From positions 62,001 through 126,000 of the forward strand of contig NMRA01000687.1 of assembly GCA_002633005.1 (NCBI GenBank): a DNA stretch of 64,000 bases. Reading direction: 5' to 3'. The notes beneath the pieces are model-generated. The model saw only the letters and a list, made by a program, of their open reading frames with translations. It was not told the origin of the DNA and did not search any database. This stretch comes from Phoronis australis (Eukaryota; Animalia; Phoronida). This document shows positions 13,801-25,900 of the stretch, piece after piece (the stretch's first letter is position 1; every line of letters begins with the position of its first letter). The translations under genes and the position numbers were made by a program.

Positions 13801-16800
13801 GGTGAAGGAAAAGAAACCAATTTTATATTGGGAAATGGTCTAAATCAAGAATTGGAGTTTGTGACCGGTGGAGGATTTAGAGCGGGTCCAAGGGTACTAT
13901 GTCCCCCCCCCCCCCCCCCCCCNCCCCTAAAACTCCCAGATTCCATTTGGCAGTTCGAGGGTGCGAATGTCTCACCGACAAAATCCTGGCTAAGACTCTG
14001 CCCTGCCCCACCCAAACTAAAAATCCTGGATCCGCTCCTGGTGACCACCAGTAAATTTATTAAAAGAACTGTGGTATTGTAATGTTGATGTGATGATTCG
14101 CAGGAAATTCCTAAGAAGCCGCCAAGGAAAAAGCTTCCGCAGCATATCAAGCAGCCTGCGACAACAACAGGTATAAGAAATTCTCTGGTAGCGGACAAGA
14201 CAATCCCGGCAATATTCACTTATTTAGCACACAATATGGCCGACAAATTTGTCAAATTTCTCCACAAATTAATATAAAGATTGACAAAATTGTAGTGTAT
14301 TAGTAGCATGATTTATATTGTTTAGGTGTCATAAAACAAACTTTTGGTAAATTTTCCATTATTTTTGCAATCTGCCTAGTATGAAGAACAGAAAAAATGA
14401 TAATTTTGGCAATTATTATAATTGTACAAAATAAGACATTAGAGAATTACAGCTACCTCATTCTTCCTTCTTGCTACACTTTACAGTGCAAAACATGAAG
14501 TGTAAGATCTTAATTTTAGTAACATTAACTTATGGTTGTCATTTGTGTACTATTAAAGGCGAAGGCAACCTTTTTCCATGTCATTTTGAGCTAAAATAAG
14601 GTTGGTTGGTTATCCTAGACATATTTTTTACTTAATTACAGCTTTTCATAATTTTATTAATTATTCGTCCGCTTTTCCGGAAGTGACGTTTTAGGAGGCA
14701 AGCGCTTCCCGCCAATTTCTTTTCACATAGTCTGACTGTGAGAGCTGCCGAGTCAGTCATTGTTCTACCTCGGTTGTGTTAAGTTCCGTCGTCGTTCGCT
14801 TTCATTTACTAGTCAGTCAACATGCCACACTGTTGCTGCGTACCGGGATGTAGTAATTATCGGCTCACGCGCGCTTTGGGAGTGCCTTTGCATCGCTTTC
14901 CGATGGATGACACACTTCGCCGTACTTGGCTCGTTCGTGTGAAGAACGCAGCGTTACCCGTCCACGCAACGTACAAAGCAGTGGAGAATTACCGTGTGTG
15001 TGGCAAGCACTTTCTGCCGTCCGATTACGAAAGGGATTTGTACGCTGAACTGATGAAGGTCCCCGCGAAACAACGCTTGAAGAAGGATGCCATTCCGTCT
15101 GTGTTGATTCCCGGCAGTGCCCCGTCGCCACCCCCGAGAAGTGCGTTTTTGAAGCGAGAAGCCTCGCGAGCTGTGGCCAGTACAGTGACTGGAGCCAGTG
15201 GAGGCACTTCATCTACTGTCACCCGTGCCTCCGAACGTACCCCAGAGCGTGCAATTCCTGGAACCAGTAGTGATTCGCCCTGTGCTGTTTTCTCCAGCCC
15301 AGAGCCTCTAAGCAGCCCTGCAGCGATATTGAGTAGTGGGAGTGATTACAGGCCCAGTTCGACACCCAGTGAAGAGGACAGTTCGTCGTCCAGTGAACAG
15401 ATCGGTGAGCCAAACTTTGATAAGTTTATTGTGGACTTGTCTAAAGTGTTGGAGCTATTTAGAAGGTGCCAGGTGTGTGGCGAGGGAGTCACACGACACA
15501 ATGTAAGCAGTTTGGGTGCTCAGGTCACCATCCAGTGGGAGTGTGTCACGGGACACTCTGGCAAGTGGGACAGTTGTTCCTCTGTCCGTGGTATGCCGGA
15601 GGTCCACTTAACCATGTCCAGTGGTGTGCTCTTCACTGGAAACACGTTTCAGTCGGTGAAGACAATGATGGACTTTGGAAAAGTCAAGTTTTTTTTCGAA
15701 AACAACATTCAACAACATTCAGAATTCCTATTTAATACCAGTTGTCAATGACGCATACATGTCACAACATCTCGAGTTGGTGGCGGAATTCATGGAGAAG
15801 GAGAACTTGTCTGACTCACCAGGGCGGTCCGCCAAGTATACCACATACACTCTAATGGAGGAAGAGACCAAAAAGATAATTGATGTGGAACTCGGAACAG
15901 CACAAGCATTCAATTGAGGTAGGCATAACAACGCACACAGTGCATTTGCACCAAGATGTGTCACCACGTCTGTCTTCAGTAGCCGCCTCGTTTCTCTCAA
16001 CAGCTGCCTGTGCCTGTGTGTACTCTGCCTCGTTGTACTCGGGCTCAAACATGTACCCACCCACTGAATGTCCGTGAAAAAATTCCTCGTCACCACTGCT
16101 GTGAACAAGGTCTCCGTCACTCACACTACTGTCACTGTGATACGGGTCACCGACTCCAGCCATTTTCAGCTTACAACACACTAAACAATCCCTAAATCCA
16201 ACGCAGTTGAGTTCTCTACTAACCTATCTTGCCGCAGAATACTCGCCGATGGAAAGTGGTGGCGACAATTGGTGAAAAATAGCACAAAACAAAAGTAGAA
16301 TAGAACAGATTCGCACAGTAAGCTCAACGCAAAACCAAGTGGCGGGAAGCGCTTGCCTCCTAAAACGTCACTTCCGGAAAAGTGGACGAGTAATTAATAA
16401 AATTACGAAAAGCTGTAATTAAGTGAAAAATATGTCTAGGATAACCAACCAACCTTATTTTAGCTCAAAATGACATGGAAAAAGGTTGTCTTCGCCTTTA
16501 ATACTTGTCAACTGTCCATCCCTATATGAAAGTCTCCGTGACTTCTTTTAGATATTCCACCCCCTGCCGAGGACTCCCCACGTTCCTCACCCAAACCGTC
16601 CACTCTGGAACTCGACTCGAAGCACGAGTCATTACCCCTGCCTCAGAGCCCCACAGGGTACCAGCAACCACCGACACCAGACTTCCCGCCTCCCTCCCCC
16701 CAGTCAGCTGTCATGGGAATACAGGAGAAGATAAATCCAAACGTAAGTCCATAATATAACGCTGAACCGTCAGGTATGGTTGGTTTTGGATTGTGGTTTT

Positions 16801-16909
16801 TGAGATTACAAAATTTTGCTTCAGTCTAAAATCTCTTTGCACTGTCAAGGGTCAGTTTTTTACAATCCTTTCTCAGGATGTGGAAGTCGCCGCTACCACA
16901 CACACGCAT

Positions 16910-16962
<53 letters not shown>

Positions 16963-19900
16963 GTCGTTACCACGGAACCTCACTTTATTCACTCTCAGGC
17001 ACTCTCAGCTAAGACATTTTTATTGCAAGCGACTGAAAACGAGCATGTAGAAAGTATTCGCCCAGTTTTGGTTAGAGTGCTTGAGTGTTGTTGCATTTAA
17101 GGTTCTGTGGTAAGGTTTTGTATGTTTTAAAGAGTGTGTGGTAAGAGTGTACAGCCGTGGTAAGAATTGGTTTCCATCCCTTGTGCAGGTTTGTCTCCAA
17201 ATTTCTGATGTACGGATATATTTATGTTTTTTTCTGTTAGTGTAGTGGGAAAATGATCTTCTTTCTTTATTTCAACTTTAAAATCTGTAATAATTATTGA
17301 ACTGTAAAATAAATTGAGTTGTGTCTTTTTTAATTTTACACATCTCATTCTAATGTGGAATGTACTGGAATGTCAAAATCTCCGAAGGAAGTATGAAATA
17401 AAAAGAAAATGGAATTACTGTTGCATCTAATTTTGCAAATTTATTTTAAAAAAAATCAACTTTGTGTTAGTTGAAACAGCTTAGACTGACCAAACCTTAA
17501 AAAACGTTCCGTTTAAAGTTGCTGCACCTGAGTTTGGTGAATAAGGTGGCTTAAATACAAGTTAAACTGCGAGTTTTGTATGTTACACCTTGAAAGGACT
17601 CACGATGTTTGACTGGGATGCAGAAAATCCCCAATTAGCTACGTGTCATTACATTATCTAACAATAATCGCGGGAAAATGTCGCCAGAAAAGTCTGGACC
17701 ATTGACAGTTTTACTGACCTCAGTATGTTTGTGGAAAAAATAAAAACTGAAAATTCGCAAAATATTGTCCGTATTTTCAAATCCAAGCAACTGAAATCAA
17801 AATGAATTAAAGCGGATGAAAAACGGTGGGGATTAAATATCGCTACCCTTGGATGAAATTATGAAAACATGTTTTGAAGGAAACCATAAATGATTATAAG
17901 AACTTTTGACTAAAGGTTGTTTTGGTGAAAATGCCTCATTTAGTGTGCTGAAAAGCTCATTGTTTGTAATACGAAAGCAATTACTGTATTTGGTCTGTAA
18001 AAGAAGATGGTGAGTGATTTGGATTCACGATGTCTGGCACTTGAGTGTCGTTTCTTTTATTGAATTAAAGAGTACTGCAGTTCTTATTTTACCCATGGGT
18101 GTCTGTGAAAACGGCCGTTAATTGTTCACAGCTTCCCTGGTGATTTTATGCTGTATTCTGTACAATGGTGATTTATTTAATCTTAATTTTATCCAATCAG
18201 TGCTCAATGTCACATCTCAGTGGCAGATCTAAGGAAGAGCAATGGTCAGGATTTAAATCTCCCCATGAAAAATGATCTCGGTATGGTGGCCTCCTTCTAT
18301 AGGTGTTTGCGATAAAGAACAAAACTGGTGGCAGTACCCCTCAAAGGGTGTGCCATCATGGGGACACACGGGGAAGGAAGCTTTACATCCGCCACTGGAT
18401 AAGTGTGAATGCCAACTCAGATTTTGTGTAAACCTTTATTTTTAGCCGTTATTGATTGATTGATTCAATTTTTAGCTGTCTGAAGCACAGTTGGTGATTG
18501 TGATTTCCAAGCTTTTCCGATCACTGAATACATGCCAAGTGTTTTTCCTAGTCAATGTGAACTTGGGCCAGAATGCAAATCTAGTGACATGTCACAACTT
18601 TTTTGCTATCCAATCGTGTTTCGTTCTAGTCTGCAAATAAAGTTGTGACGTGTCATAGCTTTTGCAGCCAAGCTAATTTCACGTTTATTTGTGAAAACTC
18701 AATTCATTCCATTTTCTGACACGTATATTGAATTACATTGGCTTGCTTCCTTGAAGTGACAATTCACCAGTTGTAGTGTTACTCGTGTGCTGTAGTCCTT
18801 GAAACTGAAGAGCATCTACACAAATTTTCAGTTTTGTTTTGTTTTAGTGGACAAACCCCTATATTAGCAAACACACACAAGTTTCTGTTAGACTCAAGGT
18901 AAAATCACTTTGGTAACCTGCACGTGACCTAAGTTGACCTTTTTGTGTGCCCAGGCAGTAGCCGCATGCGCTTGTGACAACTGACTTGTCGACAAACTGT
19001 ATTCACTCTAAAGCTGCAACTTTCGTTTTTAATCTCGTAAATTAGAAATAGAGTCTGGACTTTAATGCTAGTTATGCCAGCTATATAGTACCCACCTTCC
19101 ATCACAAAAGCTAACTTTTAAATCAGACCGCTTGCCGTAATGAAGTCAGTCTAAAATTCTTCCTTTAAAAAAGTATTAGGGGTAATTCCTGGGCTTGGAT
19201 AGAACTGCCACAATTCGTTCTTGCTTGAGGCCACTGGCTCTACATATTGACTGGTCATGTTCGATCTTTACGGGTGCTGAGTGTGGTATCAAACAAAAAC
19301 GAGCTGCCATTTTTTAAGTCCAGAAACTACTTCTCAACTGAGTCTGGAACAAATTAAGACCAGTTTTAAGGTCGTGGTAAGTGGTGTTTATGTGCACTGA
19401 GTTCATTTGACAGAACATTTTGGGCTGGAGGGGGAGCTGTAGTCCCCATAGTGGCTTAGAATTTTGCAGTTGGTTGCGTTGTTCACATACAATAGGCCTT
19501 TCTGAAATTGTTATGCAAGATCAAGTGAAAGCAGTTCTTTGTGAACTCTGCTCTTATTCTACAACTGTCCCAGTAAAAGTTTGTGGTCCTGACTGAGAAG
19601 ACAAATGTTTTATTATCCCCTATGAATTCTGAATAGCCTGAGCCTGGAATGGAATACAGGTTAATAGTTCCTTTAAAATAAAAAAAAAACATTTGTTTGA
19701 GAAAAAAGAAGAAGTTTGATCAGGCATTCTTGAGTTGTATTCAGTGAATTGAAGTTGATGTGCGGGACGGTTATTCTTGCTTTGACATTGTTCATTTTGC
19801 AAATTGTGTTGTCAGTAATACTGTGAACAAGTCACTTGTCACCAAATGCTTCATGGCGTCATGACTCTCCCACATGTCTGCATGTCAAACATTTCTTTGT

Positions 19901-22900
19901 TGCACTGCATACTGTTATAAAAATTCTCTTCACTTGGTTTTTGATTTTTAGTACCGTTGTACCAAAGATTATTTTCTTCATTTTCTTTAGTTGAGTTTGA
20001 ACTTTCTGTGAGAGGCATCAGTTTTGTTAGTTCGCATTTTCAATCATTTTTGTCTTCTAGTTAACCTTTTTTGTGTGTTGTCTAAATTGATTGTTTCATG
20101 TCAATAAGATGAGTTGTTTAATGGCCCATTGACCGATATACTGAAGATGTAATGAAATGGGTTTTGTCACTTATGGTGATTGGTTATTTGGTGGACAGTG
20201 GTCAGTGCCATCCACAGTTGACAGCACTGTGGGATTTCACTGCATTTATGAGAAATCCTTTGTGATCCATCATGCAGTGCAGTCGTTCAAAGGATTCTCA
20301 CAAAAATCCAACTTCGCAAAATCATCTCCATGAATGAAACAATTAAATTGCGTCTCAACTGTCAAATGAACTTGACTTATCTTGGACACCAGAATTTGAA
20401 ATCAAGTCAGACGTAAGTCACATTGATGCTTTCACAATACTGAAGGGATGTCTGTTAGATGTTTTCTATTGCACAACAAAACCTTGTACAATTTTATACA
20501 TATTAGTTACCAAAAAATCCTGGGTCAGGGGTCTAAGCTTTTTATTTGAGATAGAACTCAAAACTACTTTTGGCATTTCCTGTTCTTCTTTTGTGTGTGT
20601 TATTCCATGCTCGAGTGCATATTGGCTTAATATGTGTATAACAATCGAATCCTCAGTTTTCAATTAATGACCTCATCATTGAGGCTAGAAGCTTAAGTCT
20701 GACCTCTGAAGTTTGAGTTTTTATTCAAAATCTCAAGTGTTCATTGGTTGAGTTTTAGTTCCAATCTAGGGCTCATCAAATGCGATCTTGGACTGGAAAC
20801 TCATTTGCATAATCGACACTTCTCTCGAGCTTCCACAAAAGCAGAACGGAAAATGATGAAAATAATTTTGGGATTAGATGCCGGTCCCTGATTTGCCATT
20901 TTGAAACTGTTCTCATACTATCAAAAGTGTACGAATTATTTTCCTGACTATAATCACGTATACAAATTATTGTTTCGAACAGCATCACATGTACAAAGAT
21001 TTTCACGGCATTTTAAGGCCATGTATGAACTATTGGGAGTGTACCAAGTAGTAGGAGAGTTACTGTAGTGCATGCTGAACAAAATCTACAACTGTAAAAT
21101 CTCATGAATTTTGGACAAAATTGATCTTTTCCATTTTCCATAGCCTTTTGGTTTTGAACGCTCACAATTGCTCAAAACATTGTTTGTAGCAATGGTATAG
21201 AATTTTAAATGCCAAAGCACTTATTTGGTACGTCTTGTTCTTTGATGGAACAATAAAAAATAGAATATCACCTGTATGCCAGATTGTGTCCCATTAGTCA
21301 GCTCATCCACGCATCTGAAAATGTTTTGTGTTTCCATATCAAACAAATCTACCAACTGTGACCTCACTGGGAAAACTGCATGATGAATCTGTGAATCAGA
21401 GCGTGATAACATGACAGCTTGTTTTTGATTGACCTTCAGGCGAGGTACGTTTTCTTTCATGGACTCAGTAGGTTGTTTGTGTCGTGGATCACTAATCCGA
21501 AGGAAGGAAGGATTACTTTGCATTTAGCGTTTCGATTTTGTCATTATGAACGTGGGTATTTTTGCATCACCTCACTAAATCACAGTGATTTGTCTACTTG
21601 GTCATCTTTTGCTGTGGAGCTTTTTTGGACACGCTAAGCAACTGTCTGGCTTCTATAAACTTGTGCAATGGCATGTCTACACTGTACTGGTAGGGTTTGA
21701 CTGTGAATTGTCTGACATTATTCATCTATGGAGTGACACACTTAAGGGGAGGGCTATGGGATACGCAACTATGCTGCAGTGCTTATACTGGAAAAGAACC
21801 CTGAACAACCCATCAGCTTAAACCAGAAATTTGCCAATGCATTATTACACCACCTTACAAAGATGCTTTGTCAGAATGAACAATACTATCCATATTGGGT
21901 TTGGCTCTGGGGTACACTGAACATTTAAGAAAAACCCCTCAAAGTTTTGCTGCACACAAACAGATGAGTTATTTTATTTTACTGTCAGAAACTTACTCTC
22001 TGTTATCTTTTTATTATGTGCTGTAAAACTGGAACAAGACACGCACAGATTTTCAGTGGAAGTTCACCAAAAATAGTATGTTATAACTGCAGAACTTTGA
22101 ACATGTTTATCTCTGTTCATCTGTTCATAGTGGTACAATACCCTGGAGGTTTTTCTCGGCCAAACATTGATCAATTTTTACAAAAAAAGAAAAAATGTGC
22201 CTCTGGAAAAGTTTTTCTTTGCTTGTTCGACAGTTTTGAGTCAGGTTTAACAACAAAAACAAGTCGCAAATGAAGTAGAATCCCACTAATTTGGGATACA
22301 GTATGATGGACAAGTGAAATTTTGTTTTCCCCTTTTTTCATAAAAATATGTGGTACAAAAATAATGCTTCGTCGTGTTCAAGTTCTGTGTCATAGTTATC
22401 AACAGACTACATTGTGCAAAAGTGTAGCCGTTCATAGCAATGTTAAATGACCTAGAAAAATGAAAAAATAAATATTTCAGTAATTTTTTGTCCCAAATTG
22501 ATACTTTCTGTCAAAAAACTAGTTTTGATTTTGGTAAATGAACAGTATAAAATTGGTCATCTCTAGTTCCTTACTCAGTTTAGAAGTGATCTCTGGGCTC
22601 TGCTGTCCAAGTTTCAAGTCACAGTCTGAAGATGTAACAAAGTTCAGATCTTCCCGAGCCCATAAACCCCTTCTAATCTCGTAAAGGAACACGTTGAGAC
22701 CAAATTTATAACAGTAACTGGCGTAAATCAATTTTTTTGACAGAAAGCACGGATACATGCCAGTTTAATGAATGTATTTAAATCGTCTTTAAATAGGTTT
22801 TCCATTTTAGTTTTAAACTAATTTGATTGTGTTTGTATGTTCATTTATCTTTTTTATTTCTGCATGTTTTTTGTTTTTAGTCGTTGCTTATATTACCTGT

Positions 22901-25900
22901 ATAAACATATATTTTTTCATTTAGTAACAAATCTATTTATTTATCATTTGTTATGTTACCTATAATTTTAGTCTCTTCTTTGTATTTTACATTCAATTCT
23001 TTAAAGTGTTACTGTTAGTTGAGTGAATTTTCAGTGATATAATGAACAACCCTTAAGCTTGTGTACCTACTGTAATTCTTCACTTACCTCGCACAAAAAT
23101 AGTTAATGAAACTGTAACTTTTTCTGTTTTCAAAGGCAATTACTAACATTGCTGCAAATAATAAAATCTTTACTAAATGTTGTTTTTTAATATCAAAACA
23201 GTATTAAACAAGTTGATATTAGACTTAAAAATTTTCTTAATCATTATTTTAATTTGTTTATAAATTTGAAAAATAAACTTAAACCAGTCCGCCATAATGT
23301 TATTTTGAAAATAGGTGAAGAATTATTGATTGAGCTTTGCTGTAAAGCGGGCATTTATTGACCAGGTCACTCGGAATAAGAATGTGGAAGGCCGCATTTT
23401 CTTGCAGTGTGGAAAATTCAGACATTGTTTGTTGTTTTCCACAGTATCCCGCCTCTTTCGCATTTTGAAATGGTGGAAAACTTGGGCAATGTGGAAAATT
23501 TCCACCCCGGGAATAATCAATGAATAATAACTCTTTTTTAAACATTACAGTCACAAAAGTGTAAACAATCAGCAAATCTTGACATCTCATGTACTTTGAG
23601 AGATCTCAGAAACCTTTAAAGATGCAGAAGTTTGAATTGTGTTACTGCTATGTTTTTGTAGGACAAACGTCGATCTCAAAACATGGAGACATCCACGGAA
23701 ACACCGATCACACCGGACAGTCTGGAGCAGTCTGTGCCATCTGATAAGTCTTCCGGATCACTTGCTGACACGGAAAGGTCTAGTGACCTTTCACCTCTGG
23801 ATTCTGACCAATCTGTGCCTAGCATATCCCAGGAAAGTGAGACATATGATAATGTGGAACCAGTGTTGTCAAACACTGAAGATGATTTGTGCAACAAGAC
23901 AGAAAGCCTTTCTGTTGACAAGGATGGGGTCACGTTGAAAGCAGACGAACGGACTGAAAATAATAACGAAAGTGAAAAGAGAAATTTGAACCCATTTTTA
24001 GGTAAGTTTGTTGTGTTCAATGAATTTTTTTTCTTGAGCAACGCTTATGTTGGAAAGTGAAATTTTGCCTGTTCCATTTGCAAATTTCCACCTAAGCAGA
24101 GAGAATAGAATTAAACGATGTTGGACTCTGAAAAAAATGTTGTGCTTGCTGTCTGGCGTAGATATACAATCTGATGGTTGTCGATACAAATTGGTCTTCT
24201 GCGATGTTCATGTTGACGATGCGTATAGACTTAGTAATAATTGGTGTCTTTTGTGAGCCCATTTCCGGCCAGTTACAATTCTCAGTTGATTTATAATCTG
24301 TGTTAAGGATAATTTTCAAAACCAGTTTTACTCATTTTTCCCATAGGCAATATTTGCAGTTCTCTTCACAGTGCTGGTATAATTAGATATTCTTTTATCT
24401 GGATAATTATGTTTAATCTGTGTGCCCTCTGGAAACCTTTCCTTCATGAGTTCACAGTTATTTCCAATAGATGTCACTTTAGGATGTGCTGTATTCGCGA
24501 AGCATCAGCAAGTTTAAATATTCCTTATCTAAATATCCCCGGCTTTAGCATTGATGACACAGCAAGAGTTACTGCCTCCACCTATTGACAATAAATTTAA
24601 CTTACTGAGAAGTGTCGACCTTTATTGGCACTGTTTTCACAAAGTTCCAAAAATCAATACAGTCTGATAATATTGTTTAACAGTCACGTTCTATTGTGGA
24701 TCAGCTGGGATTTCACATGTAGACGTAGTTTCAGTTTGTTCTGTTGGTCTGAGAAATCGGAATCAGATGTGTTTGCAGCTGACATGAATTTGTGGCGTCT
24801 GCAGGTAATGACTTCATGAACAATTGGGTTTGTAGCTTGGCACTTTTTACCAGCATCTTGATCTGCACTTTGCGGCTGTGGAGACAACCTTCTTGTCTAG
24901 TCTATGATTTAAACCAGCAGTTCAGTGGGATTACACGATCCCAACGTTTCAGACGATGTGTGGAGCAAAAGTTGTGAAAGGGTTACTTTTTGGCTAGCTA
25001 CTTGCACATAGTTTGTGTTGCGCACTTTGGGTACAAGTTTTCATATGCTTTGGGAAATAAAGAGGTACTATTGTTCACCATAGTCAGACGTGTATGTTAG
25101 AGGTATGTCCGTATAAGACAACATTTCATGTGTTAAGAGTCTTAACATGTTCTTGAATTCTAGTCTTAAACGTGTGTACCTGGATTTTTAGGTCGTACTC
25201 CTCTAACATTTTAATATTACCTCCAAGCAAAAAATGTAGTTGTCTGAGATTGTCTGCTGTTATGTAGTTTGCATTCCATTGATTACATTCGAACTAAATT
25301 TGCACCCGCCACCTAAACTAGAATTTTGTAAAATGCGACATTATCTTCCTAAAGTAACTATGCTAGCTGATGAGTATATGACCAGTGATAACAAGAAGTA
25401 TTCGTCTTCCCCATGATTACAATGTGTATGCGAATTGAGTCCCTAGTGTTGACAACTGTTTGGATCCTCTCTACTTGGACATGGAAACATAGCTTGCGTA
25501 GATAGGCTGTTAACAATTATTAAATTTTAATTTATGAAACTGAATGTAAAGACTGCTTTTGATATTGGTTTTCTTGCTTTATGTATTGGGTGGTTGGAAG
25601 GGATGCTTTCCAAAACCAGTGTCTGTTACATAACTAAACATAAGTGTTACAGGCCTTAATAAATGACAATTAGCTTAGTTATAATTTAGCACCAGTACTC
25701 AGTGGAGGTCTGTATGCCTGGAGTTCATGTTGGCCTGGTGTTGACTTATCTGGACCTAGGCGATCTTGACCGTTGGTAGGGTGATCTTGACCACTGGTAG
25801 GTTGATAATATTTATAAGGTTCCCATTATTCATCGACTTCAATCTTTAGTTACTTCCACGTCATGTCATCCTGATTTCCTACAATGTGGCGGTAAAATCT

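Larger units (their letters stand above)
14557..16497 (+). mobile_element. Kolobok-superfamily DNA transposon, internally deleted
   Basis: TTAA TSD (14553-14556, 16498-16501); AGG...CCT termini; 158-bp TIRs with 5 mismatches; THAP transposase and KolX-like gene in convergent orientation. Confidence 0.9.

Noticed and set aside
14822-15751. Host THAP transcription factor gene
   Set aside because: Enclosed by TIRs and a TTAA TSD and continues into transposase sequence, so it is transposon-borne.
15852-16181. P2X purinoceptor 7 gene
   Set aside because: Only the Cys-rich ballast-like segment is present, with no transmembrane or ectodomain sequence, and it lies inside a transposon.
14553-16501. 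piggyBac or P element assignment
   Set aside because: TTAA fits piggyBac but the termini are AGG/CCT rather than CCC/GGG. THAP fits P elements but these make 8-bp TSDs. The combination with KolX fits Kolobok.
16793-17100. His-Thr repeat ORFs
   Set aside because: Translation of a (CA)n microsatellite.
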